Of a stretch of DNA of 64,000 nucleotides, positions 1 through 14,217 are shown in pieces. How positions within the stretch are numbered: the stretch's first letter is position 1; every line of letters starts with the position of its first letter. The DNA lies in the NCBI GenBank assembly GCA_035532295.1, contig DATKRH010000242.1, positions 2,295-66,294 of the forward strand, written 5' to 3'. Made by a program: the position numbers and the translations under genes. Origin of the DNA: Streptosporangiaceae bacterium. Lineage in GTDB: Bacteria > Actinomycetota > Actinomycetes > Streptosporangiales > Streptosporangiaceae. Below the pieces are notes generated by a model. It saw only the letters and a list, made by a program, of their open reading frames with translations, was not told the origin of the DNA and did not search any database.

Positions 1-524
1 CCGTTGTTCTCGGTCGCGTGAGCGGCGATCACGACACAGCCGAGCTGCTCTCGGACATCCCGGAGAGCATCGTGGATCTGGTCACGAAGGTCGACGTCAT
101 CGTGCCCACAGCGGATCTCATCCGGGAACAGGAGGTCGGGTTTCCCGTGCTGGTGCCGGATGACCTCGGCGATGCGCTGCGGCTGCATCGTCGGGCTGCA
201 TACCAGCAAGAGGTGGACGCCCTTGCCGCCTCCCCGGCGTATGGACATCTCGGCGCCGGGCATGATGTCGATGCCGGCTCGCGCAGCGCGGTCGCGGATC
301 AGGCGAAACCACTCCAGCCTGACTCCCTGGTAGTCGGTGATCGCTGCCACGTTGATGCCGGCGTCCACAAGTCGCTGAACGTACTGGTCGGCGATCCGCT
401 CACGGTCAGCCAGCCGATGCACATCGACATCCGGAGGCAGGTCGAAACTGGTGACGCCGGGAGTATGCAGGTGCAGGTCGACGCACCGCCAGGTCGCGCC
501 GACCGGCACATCAGGTATGTCCAT
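1..524 (-). CDS. PHP-domain protein, N-terminal fragment (gene continues past the window start)
   Basis: The reverse-strand frame is open from the window edge to ATG at 524-522, with GGGAGA upstream. Translation MDIPDVPVGATWRCVDLHLHTPGVTSFD...GIDIMPGAEMS...VVIAAHATENN shows DLHxHT, GxE and AH motifs typical of PHP phosphoesterase domains. It is absent from the ORF track because there is no stop codon in the window. Confidence 0.6.
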   Translation of the reverse strand, partial: MDIPDVPVGATWRCVDLHLHTPGVTSFDLPPDVDVHRLADRERIADQYVQRLVDAGINVAAITDYQGVRLEWFRLIRDRAARAGIDIMPGAEMSIRRGGGKGVHLLLVCSPTMQPQRIAEVIRHQHGKPDLLFPDEIRCGHDDVDLRDQIHDALRDVREQLGCVVIAAHATENN

Positions 525-684
525 CACGATCTCATTCTCCCGCTAGCTGCGGACAAGTCCGCGCCGGCACGGCGAGTGGTACCAGAGTTTGCCGGGGCCG
601 CGCCCGCCACTCCCGCGGGGTCGGCGGCGCGGATCGGCCTCGTTCCCGGGCCGGGCTGACAGCCGGCTTGCATAGAGTTGCCCT

Positions 685-2766
685 GTGGCAGATCCGGCGA
701 GTTACCGGCCGGCCCCCGGCTCGATCCCGGAGTCCCCCGGCGTCTACAGATTCCGCGATGAGCGCGGCCGGGTTATCTACGTTGGGAAGGCCAAGAGCCT
801 GCGCTCCCGGCTCAACTCCTACTTCGCCGATTTCGTGAGCCTGCATCCGCGCACGCAGACCATGCTGACCTCGGCGGCGCGAGTGGACTGGACGGTCGTC
901 GGGACCGAGGTGGAGGCCCTCCAGCTCGAATACTCCTGGATCAAGGAGTTCGATCCCCGGTTCAATGTCCGATACCGCGACGACAAGAGCTACCCCTACC
1001 TCGCCGTTACGATGGACGAGGAGTATCCGCGGGTGCTGGTCATGCGCGGGGCACGGCGGCGCGGGGTCAGGTATTTCGGCCCGTACTCGCACGCCTGGGC
1101 GATCCGCGACACGGTGGACACGCTGCTGCGGGTCTTCCCGGTGCGGACGTGCTCGGCCGGGGTGCTGAAGCGAGCGGGCCAGATCGGCAGGCCATGCCTG
1201 CTCGGCTATATCGACAAGTGCTCGGCGCCGTGCGTCGGGCGGGTCAGCGCGGCCGAGCACCGGCAGCTAGCCGAGGAGTTCTGCGACTTCATGGCCGGGC
1301 ACTCGGGCAAGTTCATCCGGCGGCTCGAGGCGGAGATGCGCAGGGCGAGCGCGGCGGAGGAGTACGAGCGCGCCGCGCGGCTGCGGGACGACATCCAGGC
1401 TCTGCAGCGCGCCCTGGAGAAGCAGGCGGTCGTGCTCGCCGACGGCACCGACTGCGACGTCATCGCGCTGGCGGAGGACCAGCTCGAGGCGGCGGTACAG
1501 ATCTTCTACGTGCGCGGCGGCCGGGTGCGCGGGCAGCGCGGGTGGGTTGTCGACAAGGTCGAGGCGGTCACCACGGGCGAGCTCGTCGAGCAGTTCCTCG
1601 GGCAGGTCTACGGGGACGACGCGGTGGCGGCCGACCGGCCGGCCGGCCGCAGCCCCGGCTCGCGGCGCGGCGGTCCGGCCCACGGCGGTGACGGCAACGC
1701 GGCGACCTCGGCCGGCCTGGCGGCGGCCGGCGGCGGGCGCAGCGTGGTGCCCCGCGAGGTCCTGGTGCCCGTGCTGCCACCCGAGGCCGGCGCGGTGGAG
1801 GAGTGGCTGACGCAGCGGCGTGGCAGCCGGGTGGGCCTGCGGGTCCCGCGACGGGGCGACAAGAAGGCGCTGCTGGAGACCGTGGCCAGGAACGCGGCGG
1901 AATCCCTGGCGCTGCACAAGACCAGGCGCGCCAGTGACCTGAGCACGCGCAGCCGCGCGCTCAGCGAGATCCAGGAGGCGCTGGCGCTCGACGACGCGCC
2001 GCTGCGGATCGAGAGTTACGACGTGTCCAACCTCCAGGGCACGCACGTGGTCGCCTCGATGGTGGTGTTCGAGGACGGTCTGGCCCGCAAGTCTGAGTAC
2101 CGCCGGTTCGCCATCAAGGGCCTGGACGGAGCCGATGACGTGGCGGCCATTCATGAGGTGATCACCCGCAGGTTCCGGCGTTTCCTGGATGAACGCGAGG
2201 ACACCGACACGCAGTCGCGGGCCGAGGCGGCGGGCGAGGTGCAGCGCCAGCACAAGTTCGCCTACCCGCCGGGCCTCCTGGTGATCGACGGCGGGCCGGC
2301 TCAGGTCGCCGCGGCGGTGCGGGCGCTGGAGGAGGTCGGCGTCGTTGACGTGGCCGTTTGCGGCCTCGCCAAGCGGCTGGAGGAAGTGTGGCTGCCTGGC
2401 GACGACAGCCCGGTGATCCTGCCGCGCACCAGCGAGGGCCTGTACCTGCTGCAGCGCATCCGTGACGAGGCGCACAGGTTCGCGATCACTTACCACCGTA
2501 AGAAGCGGTCTGCCGCGCTGACCACCAGCGAGCTAGACGGCGTTGCTGGCCTCGGCCACTCGCGGCGGGCTACGCTGCTGCGACACTTCGGCTCGGTGCG
2601 CAAGCTGAGGGCCGCGACGGTCAGCGAGATCGCGGCACTGCCGGGCTTCGGGCAGCGAACGGCCGAGTCGGTCTACGGGGCGCTGCACAGCGACCCGCGG
2701 CACCAGGACCCGCGGCACCAGGACCCGCGGCACCAGGACGCACAGCTAACGGGGGGGAAGACATGA
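685..2766 (+). CDS. uvrC: Excinuclease ABC subunit C
   Basis: GIY-YIG N-terminus ([29 protein letters not shown]). C-terminal HhH region ([21 protein letters not shown]). GTG start. Carries a low-complexity Gly/Ala/Arg insert and a DPRHQ x3 tail. Confidence 0.95.
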   Translation: MADPASYRPAPGSIPESPGVYRFRDERGRVIYVGKAKSLRSRLNSYFADFVSLHPRTQTMLTSAARVDWTVVGTEVEALQLEYSWIKEFDPRFNVRYRDDKSYPYLAVTMDEEYPRVLVMRGARRRGVRYFGPYSHAWAIRDTVDTLLRVFPVRTCSAGVLKRAGQIGRPCLLGYIDKCSAPCVGRVSAAEHRQLAEEFCDFMAGHSGKFIRRLEAEMRRASAAEEYERAARLRDDIQALQRALEKQAVVLADGTDCDVIALAEDQLEAAVQIFYVRGGRVRGQRGWVVDKVEAVTTGELVEQFLGQVYGDDAVAADRPAGRSPGSRRGGPAHGGDGNAATSAGLAAAGGGRSVVPREVLVPVLPPEAGAVEEWLTQRRGSRVGLRVPRRGDKKALLETVARNAAESLALHKTRRASDLSTRSRALSEIQEALALDDAPLRIESYDVSNLQGTHVVASMVVFEDGLARKSEYRRFAIKGLDGADDVAAIHEVITRRFRRFLDEREDTDTQSRAEAAGEVQRQHKFAYPPGLLVIDGGPAQVAAAVRALEEVGVVDVAVCGLAKRLEEVWLPGDDSPVILPRTSEGLYLLQRIRDEAHRFAITYHRKKRSAALTTSELDGVAGLGHSRRATLLRHFGSVRKLRAATVSEIAALPGFGQRTAESVYGALHSDPRHQDPRHQDPRHQDAQLTGGKT
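2692..2736 (+). repeat. Perfect 15-bp tandem repeat x3 (gacccgcggcaccag) encoding DPRHQ x3 at the uvrC C-terminus
   Basis: Read directly from the sequence; three identical in-frame units. Confidence 0.95.
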
Positions 2767-2782
2767 GTAACGGCGGCGGCGC

Positions 2783-3658
2783 ATGAGCGCGGACGACGCG
2801 TCACCCGAGATGGTCATCATCACGGGCCTGTCCGGCGCCGGCCGCAGCACGGCGGCCAAGTCGCTGGAGGACCTGGACTGGTTCGTCGCCGACAACATCC
2901 CGCCCGCCCTGCTGCCGACGATGGCCGACCTGGCCCGGCGGGCGAAGGGCGCGGTACCCCGGCTGGCCGCGGTGGTGGACGTGCGCAGCCGCGCGTTCTC
3001 GACGGACCTCAAGTCGGCCATCAGCGACCTGCACGCCCGCGGCGTCCGGCCGTACGTGGTGTTCCTGGAGGCCGGCGATGACACCCTGGTCCGTCGGTTC
3101 GACAGCGTGAGCAGGCCGCATCCCCTGCAGGAGGGCGGCCGGATCGTGGACGGGATCGCCGCCGAGCGCGAGCTATTGCAGCCGCTGCGCGCCGAGGCCG
3201 ACCTCGTCCTGGACACCTCGGCGCTGAACGTGCACGAGCTCAGGTCCCGGATGCAGGACGTCTTCGCATCCGAGGGCGAGACCGCGCTGCGCGTTACCAT
3301 CGTCTCGTTCGGGTTCAAGTACGGCCTGCCCGTCGACGCGGACATGGTCGCGGACTGCCGGTTCCTGCCCAACCCGCACTGGGTACCCGAGCTGGCGCCG
3401 CAGACCGGCCAGGACCGGCCGGTCCGGGAGTACGTGCTCGGGCAGCCGGGAGCGACCGACTTCCTGGACGCCTACGTTAAGGCGGTGCGGATCGCGCTGG
3501 CCGGGTACGACCGGGCCGGCCGTCATTTCGTGGTGCTGGCCGTCGGCTGCACGGGCGGCAAGCACCGCAGCGTGGTCATGGGCGAGGAGATCGCGGCTCG
3601 CCTGTCCGGATCGTGGTCGGGTATCCAGGTATCGCACCGGGACCTCGGGCGCGAGTAG
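2783..3658 (+). CDS. rapZ: RNase adapter / nucleotide-binding protein RapZ (YvcJ family)
   Basis: P-loop ITGLSGAGRSTA near the N-terminus and C-terminal GCTGGKHRSV motif. Conserved position upstream of yvcK-whiA. Confidence 0.93.
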   Translation: MSADDASPEMVIITGLSGAGRSTAAKSLEDLDWFVADNIPPALLPTMADLARRAKGAVPRLAAVVDVRSRAFSTDLKSAISDLHARGVRPYVVFLEAGDDTLVRRFDSVSRPHPLQEGGRIVDGIAAERELLQPLRAEADLVLDTSALNVHELRSRMQDVFASEGETALRVTIVSFGFKYGLPVDADMVADCRFLPNPHWVPELAPQTGQDRPVREYVLGQPGATDFLDAYVKAVRIALAGYDRAGRHFVVLAVGCTGGKHRSVVMGEEIAARLSGSWSGIQVSHRDLGRE

Positions 3659-3661
3659 CCG

Positions 3662-4705
3662 ATGCAGCGCGAGCCCGGTGCGGTCCAGGGGGACGGCGCG
3701 GTCCAGGAAGACGGCGCGGCTACTCCGCACGACGGGCTCGGCCCGGTCCCGGGGCGGCCGCCTAATCCCAGTGTGGTCGCGCTGGGCGGCGGGCACGGCC
3801 TGCACGCGTCGCTGTCGGCGCTGCGCCGGGTGACCCGCGATCTCACCGCGGTGGTCACGGTCGCCGATGACGGCGGTTCCAGCGGCCGGCTGCGCCGCGA
3901 GTTCGGCGTGCTGCCGCCCGGTGACCTGCGGATGGCGCTGGCGGCCCTGTGCGGCGACGACGCGTGGGGGACCACCTGGAGCCGGGTTATCCAGCATCGC
4001 TTCACGGGTGATCAGGAGCTCGGGGGGCATTCGGTGGGGAACGTCCTGATCGTCGCGCTCTGGGAACTGCTCGGGGACTCGGTGCAAGGGCTGGACTGGG
4101 TGGGCCGGCTGCTGGGCGCGCACGGCCGGGTGCTGCCGATGTCGTCGGTCCCGCTGGATCTGGCGGCCGAGGTAGAAGGCGCAGATCCCCGCAGGCCGGA
4201 CGAGATCAGCGTCGTTCGCGGCCAGGTGGCCTGCGCGACCACCCCCGGGCGGGTACGGTCAATGTCGTTGATCCCCGCCGACCCGCCCGCCTGCCCGGAG
4301 GCCGTGCAGGCGATCGGGGAAGCGGACTGGGTGGTGCTCGGGCCGGGCTCGTGGTTCACCAGCGTGCTGCCGCACCTGCTGGTGCCGGACCTGGCGCGCG
4401 CGCTGCTGCGCACCTCGGCGCGGCGGATCGTCGCGCTGAACCTGGTGCCGCAGCCGGGGGAGACGGAGGGATTCTCCCCGCATGCGCACCTGGAGGTACT
4501 GGCCAGCCATGCGCCGGAGCTGGTCGTAGACGTGGTGCTCGCCGACGTTAACGCGGTGGAGGGAACTAGGGCAGAGCTCGAGAAGGCGGCTGGGTTGCTC
4601 GGCGGCCGTCTCGTGCTGGCAGACCTGGCCATGGGGGACGGGTCGCCCCGCCATGATCCGCGACGGCTGGCTGGCGCATTCGCACGAATATTTGAGGGGG
4701 AGTGA
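3662..4705 (+). CDS. yvcK: Gluconeogenesis factor YvcK / CofD-like family protein
   Basis: [19 protein letters not shown] start of the conserved domain and [16 protein letters not shown] motif. Sits between rapZ and whiA with a 4-nt overlap into whiA. Confidence 0.9.
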   Translation: MQREPGAVQGDGAVQEDGAATPHDGLGPVPGRPPNPSVVALGGGHGLHASLSALRRVTRDLTAVVTVADDGGSSGRLRREFGVLPPGDLRMALAALCGDDAWGTTWSRVIQHRFTGDQELGGHSVGNVLIVALWELLGDSVQGLDWVGRLLGAHGRVLPMSSVPLDLAAEVEGADPRRPDEISVVRGQVACATTPGRVRSMSLIPADPPACPEAVQAIGEADWVVLGPGSWFTSVLPHLLVPDLARALLRTSARRIVALNLVPQPGETEGFSPHAHLEVLASHAPELVVDVVLADVNAVEGTRAELEKAAGLLGGRLVLADLAMGDGSPRHDPRRLAGAFARIFEGE

Positions 4706-5691
4706 GGCCCATGGCGCTGACCAGCCTGGTGAAGGACGAGCTCAGCCGGGTCACCGTGCTCAAGCCGTGCTGCCGGAAGGCAGAGGTATCGACCTTGCTG
4801 AGATTCGCCGGCGGCCTGCATCTGGCCGGCGGGCGGATCGTCATCGAGGCGGAGCTCGACACCGGGGTGGCCGCGCGCCGGCTCAGGAGGGACATCGCCG
4901 AGGTCTTCGGCCATTCCTCGGAGCTGATCGTGGTCGCTCCGGGAGGACTGCGCAAGGGCAACCGGTATGTCGTCCGGGTGAGCAAGGACGGTGACAGCCT
5001 GGCCCGGCAGACCGGCCTGGTCGACGGCAACGGCCGGCCCGTCCGCGGCCTGCCCCGGCAGGTGGTCTCGGGTACCACCTGCGATTGCGAGGCCGCCTGG
5101 CGCGGTGCCTTCCTCGCCCACGGCTGCCTCACCGAGCCCGGCCGCTCGATGTCGCTGGAGGTCACCTGCCCGGGGCCGGAGACGGCGCTGGCCATGGTCG
5201 GCGCCGCGCGGCGGCTGAAGATTCACGCCAAGGCCCGCGATGTCCGCGGCGTGGACCGCGTCGTCGTCCGCGACGGTGACGCCATCAGCGCGCTGCTGAC
5301 CCGGCTGGGCGCCCACGACAGCGTGCTGGCCTGGGAAGAGCGGCGGATGCGCCGTGAGGTCCGCGCGACGGCGAACCGGCTGGCCAATTTCGACGACGCC
5401 AACCTGCGGCGCAGCGCGCGGGCGGCGGTCGCCGCCGGGGCGCGGGTGGAGCGGGCCCTGGAGATCCTCGGCGCCGACGCCCCGGAGCACCTGATCGTCG
5501 CCGGCGAGCTGCGGATCAAGCACCGGCAGGCGAGCCTGGAAGAGCTCGGGCAGCTGGCCGAGCCGATCCTGACCAAGGATGCGATCGCCGGGCGGATCAG
5601 GCGGCTGCTGGCGCTGGCCGACCGCCGGGCGACGGAGCTGGGCGTGCCGAACACCGAGGCCACCTTGACCCCCGACATGCTGGTGCCCTGA
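4702..5691 (+). CDS. whiA: Sporulation/cell-division transcription factor WhiA
   Basis: [14 protein letters not shown]-terminus and C-terminal HTH ([24 protein letters not shown]). The start could be 4702 or 4711. Confidence 0.93.
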   Translation: MRPMALTSLVKDELSRVTVLKPCCRKAEVSTLLRFAGGLHLAGGRIVIEAELDTGVAARRLRRDIAEVFGHSSELIVVAPGGLRKGNRYVVRVSKDGDSLARQTGLVDGNGRPVRGLPRQVVSGTTCDCEAAWRGAFLAHGCLTEPGRSMSLEVTCPGPETALAMVGAARRLKIHAKARDVRGVDRVVVRDGDAISALLTRLGAHDSVLAWEERRMRREVRATANRLANFDDANLRRSARAAVAAGARVERALEILGADAPEHLIVAGELRIKHRQASLEELGQLAEPILTKDAIAGRIRRLLALADRRATELGVPNTEATLTPDMLVP

Positions 5692-6861
<1,170 letters not shown>

Positions 6862-6868
6862 CGACGCG

Positions 6869-8098
6869 ATGATGAACAGCATCGACGATCTGGAGGTCAG
6901 CGGCGCCACGGTGCTGCTGCGAGCCGACCTGAACGTGCCCCTGGACGGGACCACCATCACCGACGACGGCCGGATCCGGGCCAGCCTGCCGACGATCAGC
7001 AAGCTGACCGGCCGCGGCGCCAAGGTCGTGATCTGCGCGCACCTGGGCAGGCCGAAGGGCGCCGATTACGCCGAGCGCGCGGCCGGCGGCCCGTCCCTGG
7101 CGCCGGTGGCGGCGCGGCTGGCGGAGATCCTCGGCCAGCCCGTTCCGCTCGCTGCCGACGTGGCCGGGGAGTCGGCGGCCGCCGTGGCGGCCAGCCTGTC
7201 CGGCGGCGATGTCGCGCTGCTGGAGAACGTCCGCTTCGAGCCGGCCGAGACGAGCAAGGACGATGCCACCCGGGCCGAGCTGGCCGGCCGGCTCGCGGCC
7301 CTGGCGCAGCTGTACGTGGGCGACGGCTTCGGCGCGCTGCATCGCAAGCACGCGAGCGTCTACGACGTGCCCGCGCTGCTCCCGGCCGCGGCCGGGGACC
7401 TGGTGCTCGCCGAACTGGCGGTGCTGCGCCAGCTCACGGCCGAGCCCGAGAGGCCGTATGTGGTCGTGCTCGGCGGGTCCAAGCCGTCAGACAAGCTCGG
7501 CGTCATCGCCAACCTGCTCGGCAAGGCCGACCGGGTGCTGATCGGCGGCGGCATGTCCTACACGTTCCTGCTGGCCCAGGGACACGAGATGGGCCGGTCG
7601 CTGCTGGAGGCCGACAAGGTCGACGAGGTGTCCCGGGTGCTGGCCGACGCGGCCGCCCGGGGCGTGGAGATCGTCCTGCCCGTGGACCTCGTCGGCGCGG
7701 CGAAGTTCGCCCCGGACGCGGAGCATCACGTCTTCGACGTCACGGCGTTCCCCGCGGACTACGAGGGTGTCGACATCGGCCCGGCGACCCGTGAGCTGTT
7801 CGCGGCCAAGCTGGCCGACGCCAGGACCGTGTTCTGGAACGGGCCGGTCGGGGTCTTCGAGTTCCCGGCCTTCGCCGGCGGCACGCTCGCGGTGGCCCAG
7901 GCAATCAGCGCCGTCCGGGGCCTGACGGTGGTCGGCGGCGGCGACTCGGCGGCGGCCGTTCGCCGGCTGGGCATCCCGGAGGACTCCTTCGGCCACATCT
8001 CCACGGGCGGCGGCGCCAGCCTGGAATACCTGGAGGGCACCACCCTGCCGGGCCTGGCCGCCCTCGACGCCGCGCAAGCACGGGGGGCCGCGGCGTGA
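6869..8098 (+). CDS. pgk: Phosphoglycerate kinase
   Basis: [24 protein letters not shown] and GGGDSAAAV motifs. 4-nt overlap with tpiA. Confidence 0.95.
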   Translation: MMNSIDDLEVSGATVLLRADLNVPLDGTTITDDGRIRASLPTISKLTGRGAKVVICAHLGRPKGADYAERAAGGPSLAPVAARLAEILGQPVPLAADVAGESAAAVAASLSGGDVALLENVRFEPAETSKDDATRAELAGRLAALAQLYVGDGFGALHRKHASVYDVPALLPAAAGDLVLAELAVLRQLTAEPERPYVVVLGGSKPSDKLGVIANLLGKADRVLIGGGMSYTFLLAQGHEMGRSLLEADKVDEVSRVLADAAARGVEIVLPVDLVGAAKFAPDAEHHVFDVTAFPADYEGVDIGPATRELFAAKLADARTVFWNGPVGVFEFPAFAGGTLAVAQAISAVRGLTVVGGGDSAAAVRRLGIPEDSFGHISTGGGASLEYLEGTTLPGLAALDAAQARGAAA

Positions 8099-8889
8099 CC
8101 GCCAAGGCCCGCAAGCCCCTGGTCGCCGGCAACTGGAAGATGCACAACAGCCACTTCGAGGCGCTGGCCCTGACCCAGAAGCTGGCGTTCGCGCTCAACG
8201 CCAAGGACTTCGCGGCGGCCGATGTGGCCGTGCTGCCGCCGTTCACGGCGCTGCGCAGCGTGCAGACGCTGATCGACGGCGACAAGCTGCAGCTGTCCTA
8301 CGGCGCCCAGGACATCTCCTCGCACGACGACGGCGCGTACACCGGCGAGGTCTCCGGCCGGATGCTGGCCAAGCTGGGCTGCCGCTACGTGCTGGCGGGC
8401 CACTCCGAGCGGCGGCAGTACCACGGCGAGGACGATGCCCTGGTCAATGCCAAGGTCAAGGCGGCGCTGAAGGCCGAGATCGTGCCCGTGCTGTGCGTTG
8501 GCGAGCCGCTGGCGGTGCGCCAGGAGGGGCAGCAGATCCCGCACACGCTCGGCCAGCTCGACGGCGGCCTGAGCGGGCTGACCGGCCCGCAGGTCGCCGG
8601 CCTGGTGGTGGCCTACGAGCCGGTCTGGGCGATCGGGACCGGCGAGGTGGCCACCCCGCAGGACGCGCAGGAGGTCTGCGGAGCAATCCGTGCCCGCATT
8701 TCCGCCGTTCACGGGGACGAGGTGGCCGGTGGTGCGCGTATTCTGTATGGCGGGTCAGTGAAACCCGACAACATGCCCGCGATCATGGCTCAGCCAGACA
8801 TCGACGGGGCGCTGGTCGGCGGGGCCAGCCTGGATGCCGGAGATTTCGTCAGGATCTGCCGGTATCGTGAGCTGACCGCGGTTTCCTGA
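8095..8889 (+). CDS. tpiA: Triose-phosphate isomerase
   Basis: [21 protein letters not shown] and YGGSVK motifs. GTG start. Confidence 0.95.
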   Translation: MTAKARKPLVAGNWKMHNSHFEALALTQKLAFALNAKDFAAADVAVLPPFTALRSVQTLIDGDKLQLSYGAQDISSHDDGAYTGEVSGRMLAKLGCRYVLAGHSERRQYHGEDDALVNAKVKAALKAEIVPVLCVGEPLAVRQEGQQIPHTLGQLDGGLSGLTGPQVAGLVVAYEPVWAIGTGEVATPQDAQEVCGAIRARISAVHGDEVAGGARILYGGSVKPDNMPAIMAQPDIDGALVGGASLDAGDFVRICRYRELTAVS

Positions 8890-8941
8890 GCGGCGCCACG
8901 GCCAGACATGACCGACATGACAGAAGAGACGTGAAGCAGCA

Positions 8942-9172
8942 GTGACGGTCGCAATCTCCATCGTCTTGATCATTACGAGCCTGCTCATGGTGGTACTGGT
9001 CCTGCTGCACAAGGGCAAGGGCGGCGGGCTATCGGATCTCTTCGGCGGCGGTATCTCGTCGTCTCTGGGCTCGTCATCGGTGGTCGAGCGGAACCTGGAC
9101 AGGATCACGATCTTCACCGGAGTCCTGTGGTTCCTGTGCATCGTGGCGCTCGGCCTGCTGACAAATCACTGA
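8942..9172 (+). CDS. secG: Preprotein translocase subunit SecG
   Basis: 76-aa protein with two hydrophobic segments and the LLHKGKGGGLSDLFGGG SecG signature. Conserved position after tpiA. Confidence 0.85.
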   Translation: MTVAISIVLIITSLLMVVLVLLHKGKGGGLSDLFGGGISSSLGSSSVVERNLDRITIFTGVLWFLCIVALGLLTNH

Positions 9173-9232
9173 CGGTAGGGCATCTGGCCCGCGAGACTGG
9201 CGGTCAGTGCGTCTTGAGGCAAGGGGTGAGCA

Positions 9233-9568
9233 GTGAGTAGTGGCAACGCCATCCGCGGAAGCCGGGTGGGAGCTGGGCCGATGGGCGAGGCGGAGCGCGG
9301 CGAGGCGGCACCGCGAGTGCGAGTCTCCTTCTGGTGCAGCAGCGGGCACGAGACCATTCCCAGCTTTGCCAGCGACGCGGCGATCCCCGACACCTGGGAC
9401 TGCCCGCGCTGCGGCCTGCCGGCCGGCCAGGACGAGACCGCACCGCCGGCCCCGCCGCACGCCGAGCCCTACAAGACGCACCTCGCCTACGTGAAGGAGC
9501 GCCGCAACGACACCGATGGCGCCGCCATCCTGGCCGAGGCGCTGGCGCGCCTGCGCAAGGGCGCCTAG
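9233..9568 (+). CDS. rbpA: RNA polymerase-binding protein RbpA
   Basis: Zn-ribbon-like FWCSSGH...CPRCG and C-terminal KTHLAYVKERR sigma-interaction-type motif. Confidence 0.85.
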   Translation: MSSGNAIRGSRVGAGPMGEAERGEAAPRVRVSFWCSSGHETIPSFASDAAIPDTWDCPRCGLPAGQDETAPPAPPHAEPYKTHLAYVKERRNDTDGAAILAEALARLRKGA

Positions 9569-9598
9569 AGCTGGCACAGCGCAAGGGCGCCTAGCGCG

Positions 9599-11041
9599 CT
9601 AGTGCGCGAAGCCGCTGCGCGGCTTTCCGGGCAGGAGCGGGAGCGGCGGCGCGGGCTGCGAGGCCAGCGCGTCGGCCTGCGTCTTCAGGTCAGCGAGCAG
9701 CGAATCGGCTAGGTCCATGCTGAGCCCGTTCCGCACCACCAGCCGGAGCACGGCGGTGTCCTGCAGGTTCTCCGGGAAGGTGTAGGCCGGAACGAGCCAG
9801 CCGCGCTGCCGGAGTCGCTCGGACAGGTCGAAGACGCTGTAGCCCGCGCCACCCGAAGCGCTATCAGGCGAGCGCAGCCGGAAGGTCACCACCGGGAGGT
9901 CGGTGCCGTCCGAGAGCAGCTCGAACGGGCCCATCGCGGCGATCTTGCCCGCCAGGTGCCTGGCGACGTCCTGGCAGGCCTGCTGCACCTTGCGGTAGCC
10001 GTCGAAGCCCAGCCGCAGGAAGTTGTAATACTGCGCGACGACGTTGCCGCCGGGCCGGGAGAAGTTCAGTGCGAACGTGGGCATCTCGCCGCCGAGATAG
10101 TTCACCTTGAAGACCAGGTCGTCCGGGAGCGCCGCGGCGTCCCGCCAGATCACCCAGCCCACGCCTGGGTAGACCAGCCCGTACTTGTGGCCGGAGGCGT
10201 TGATGGAGGCCACCCGCGGGAGCCGGAAGTCCCACTCAAGGTCGGGGTGCAGGAACGGGGCGACGAAACCGCCGGAGGCGCCGTCGACGTGGATCGGGAT
10301 GTCCGGGCCCCCGCCCGCCTGCAACTGGTCCAGCTCCTGGCTGATCTGCGCCACCGGCTCGTAGCTGCCATCCATGGTGGAACCCAGCACGGCGACGACG
10401 CCGATGGTGTTCTCATCGCACCGCGCGGCCGCCTCGGGGCCGGTCAGGTGCAGCCTGCCGGGCTCCATCGGCACCATCCGGGGCTCGACCTGCCAGTACC
10501 GGCAGAACTTCTCCCAGCAGACCTGAACGTTCGCGCCCATGACCAGGTTCGGCCGGGCAGCGGATGCCCCGGCGGCGTCGCGGCGGGCGCGCCAGCGCCA
10601 CAGCAGCGCCATGCCGCCGAGCATGCATGCCTCGCTGGACCCGGTCGTCGAGCAGCCCGTCGAGCCCGGCTCGTCGCCGTCGGGATGCGGCGTCATTGAC
10701 GGCGCGTGCCAGAGATCAGCCAGGATGCTGACACAGCGGCGTTCCAGCTCGGCCGTCTGCGGATACTCGTCCTTGTCGATCATGTTCTTGCTGAAGCACT
10801 CGGCCATGAGCTGCTCGGCCTGCGGTTCCATCCAGGTCGTCACGAAAGTCGCGAGGTTCAGCCGCGCGTTTCCGTCCAGGATCAGCTCGTCCCGGACCAC
10901 CTGCAGGGCCGTGTCGGGCAGCATGCCCTGCTCGGCCATCCGGTAGCGGGGCACGGCGTGGCTGTCGGCCCGGACATACAGCGGGTTGATGTCAAGGTCC
11001 GGGGCGGCCGGCGGCTCGTCACCCCTAGCGTGCAGCGCCAT
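9599..11041 (-). CDS. gadB: Glutamate decarboxylase (PLP-dependent, group II)
   Basis: NLATFVTTWMEP and NMIDKDEYPQTAELERRCV motifs. PLP-lysine region SGHKYGLVYPGVGWVIWRD. Confidence 0.9.
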   Translation of the reverse strand: MALHARGDEPPAAPDLDINPLYVRADSHAVPRYRMAEQGMLPDTALQVVRDELILDGNARLNLATFVTTWMEPQAEQLMAECFSKNMIDKDEYPQTAELERRCVSILADLWHAPSMTPHPDGDEPGSTGCSTTGSSEACMLGGMALLWRWRARRDAAGASAARPNLVMGANVQVCWEKFCRYWQVEPRMVPMEPGRLHLTGPEAAARCDENTIGVVAVLGSTMDGSYEPVAQISQELDQLQAGGGPDIPIHVDGASGGFVAPFLHPDLEWDFRLPRVASINASGHKYGLVYPGVGWVIWRDAAALPDDLVFKVNYLGGEMPTFALNFSRPGGNVVAQYYNFLRLGFDGYRKVQQACQDVARHLAGKIAAMGPFELLSDGTDLPVVTFRLRSPDSASGGAGYSVFDLSERLRQRGWLVPAYTFPENLQDTAVLRLVVRNGLSMDLADSLLADLKTQADALASQPAPPLPLLPGKPRSGFAH

Positions 11042-11120
11042 GCTGGGTCATCCCTTTCCGCGCAATGCTGGTGATGCCGCGAGGCGGCGGCCCCGCGGCC
11101 CGTTCAGCCGGAACTCCACG

Positions 11121-11967
11121 CTAGACCGCGCGCACGTAGCGGCAGAACAGGTAGCTGTCATCGGCGAGGACGTGGGCGAGCCGGAGCGGCTCGGGAGTGC
11201 CCGGCTGCTGATCGCCGAGCGGGCCGCCGGACAGGATCCGCCGGGCCTGGCCGCCGGCCAGCACCGGGCTGACCGTCAGGCAGAGCTCGTCCAGCAGCCC
11301 TTCGGCCGCGATCTGCGCTAGCAGGCTCGGGCCGCCCTCGACCAGGACGCGAGTGTGGCCAAGGGCGGCCAGGGCGCCGATGACCTGGCCGGCCGTCAAC
11401 TGGTCCGTGTCGGCGACGACGAGGTGCGCGTGCCGGGCGATCGCGGCCCGCCCGTCGGCTGGAGCGGATCGCGTGGTCAGTACGATCGTGCGAGCATCGG
11501 CCGGGGCCTGGGCCAGGAGCGGAGCCTGCGGATCGAGATCGAGCCTGGCGCTCACCACGGCGATCGGCGGGGTCGCCGGGCGGCCCTGGCGCAGCGCTCT
11601 CAGGCCCGCCCCCGCCGCCCCGGCCACGGGCCGGGCCGGGCCGTACCCCTCGGCCCGCGCCGTGCCCGCGCCGACCAGGATCACGTCGGCCAGTGTCCGC
11701 AGGATCTGGAGCAGCCTCCGGTCGGCGGGGCCGCCCAGCGCGCCAGAGCGCCCGTCGATGACGGCGGCGCCGTCCACGCTGGCGATCATGTTGGCGCGAA
11801 CCCACGGCCGGCCCCGCCCGGCGTGACCGGGGTGACCGGGATAGGCGGTGTCGCCGGGGTAGACATACAGGCTGGCCAGTAGATCGGCGTCGTCCCGCGG
11901 GCCGCCCCGCGGACCTGCGTCCTCCGGTCCGGCGACGGGAAAGATCTGATGCACGGTGAGCAGTGAA

Positions 11968-11987
<20 letters not shown>
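11121..11987 (-). CDS. RibD C-terminal domain (pyrimidine reductase / DHFR-like) family protein
   Basis: ASVDGAAVIDGRSGALG and VLVEGGPSLLAQ motifs. The annotated start overlaps the glgX stop by 20 nt, so an internal GTG at 11954 is possible. Confidence 0.75.
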
Positions 11988-14208
<2,221 letters not shown>

Positions 14209-14217
14209 CCGCAGACC

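Noticed and set aside
18-659. 213-aa plus-strand ORF at the window start
   Set aside because: Its sequence is Ala/Arg/Pro-rich with no motifs. The opposite strand encodes a clean PHP-domain N-terminus with a start codon and an SD-like sequence. I treat it as an antisense artefact of high GC.
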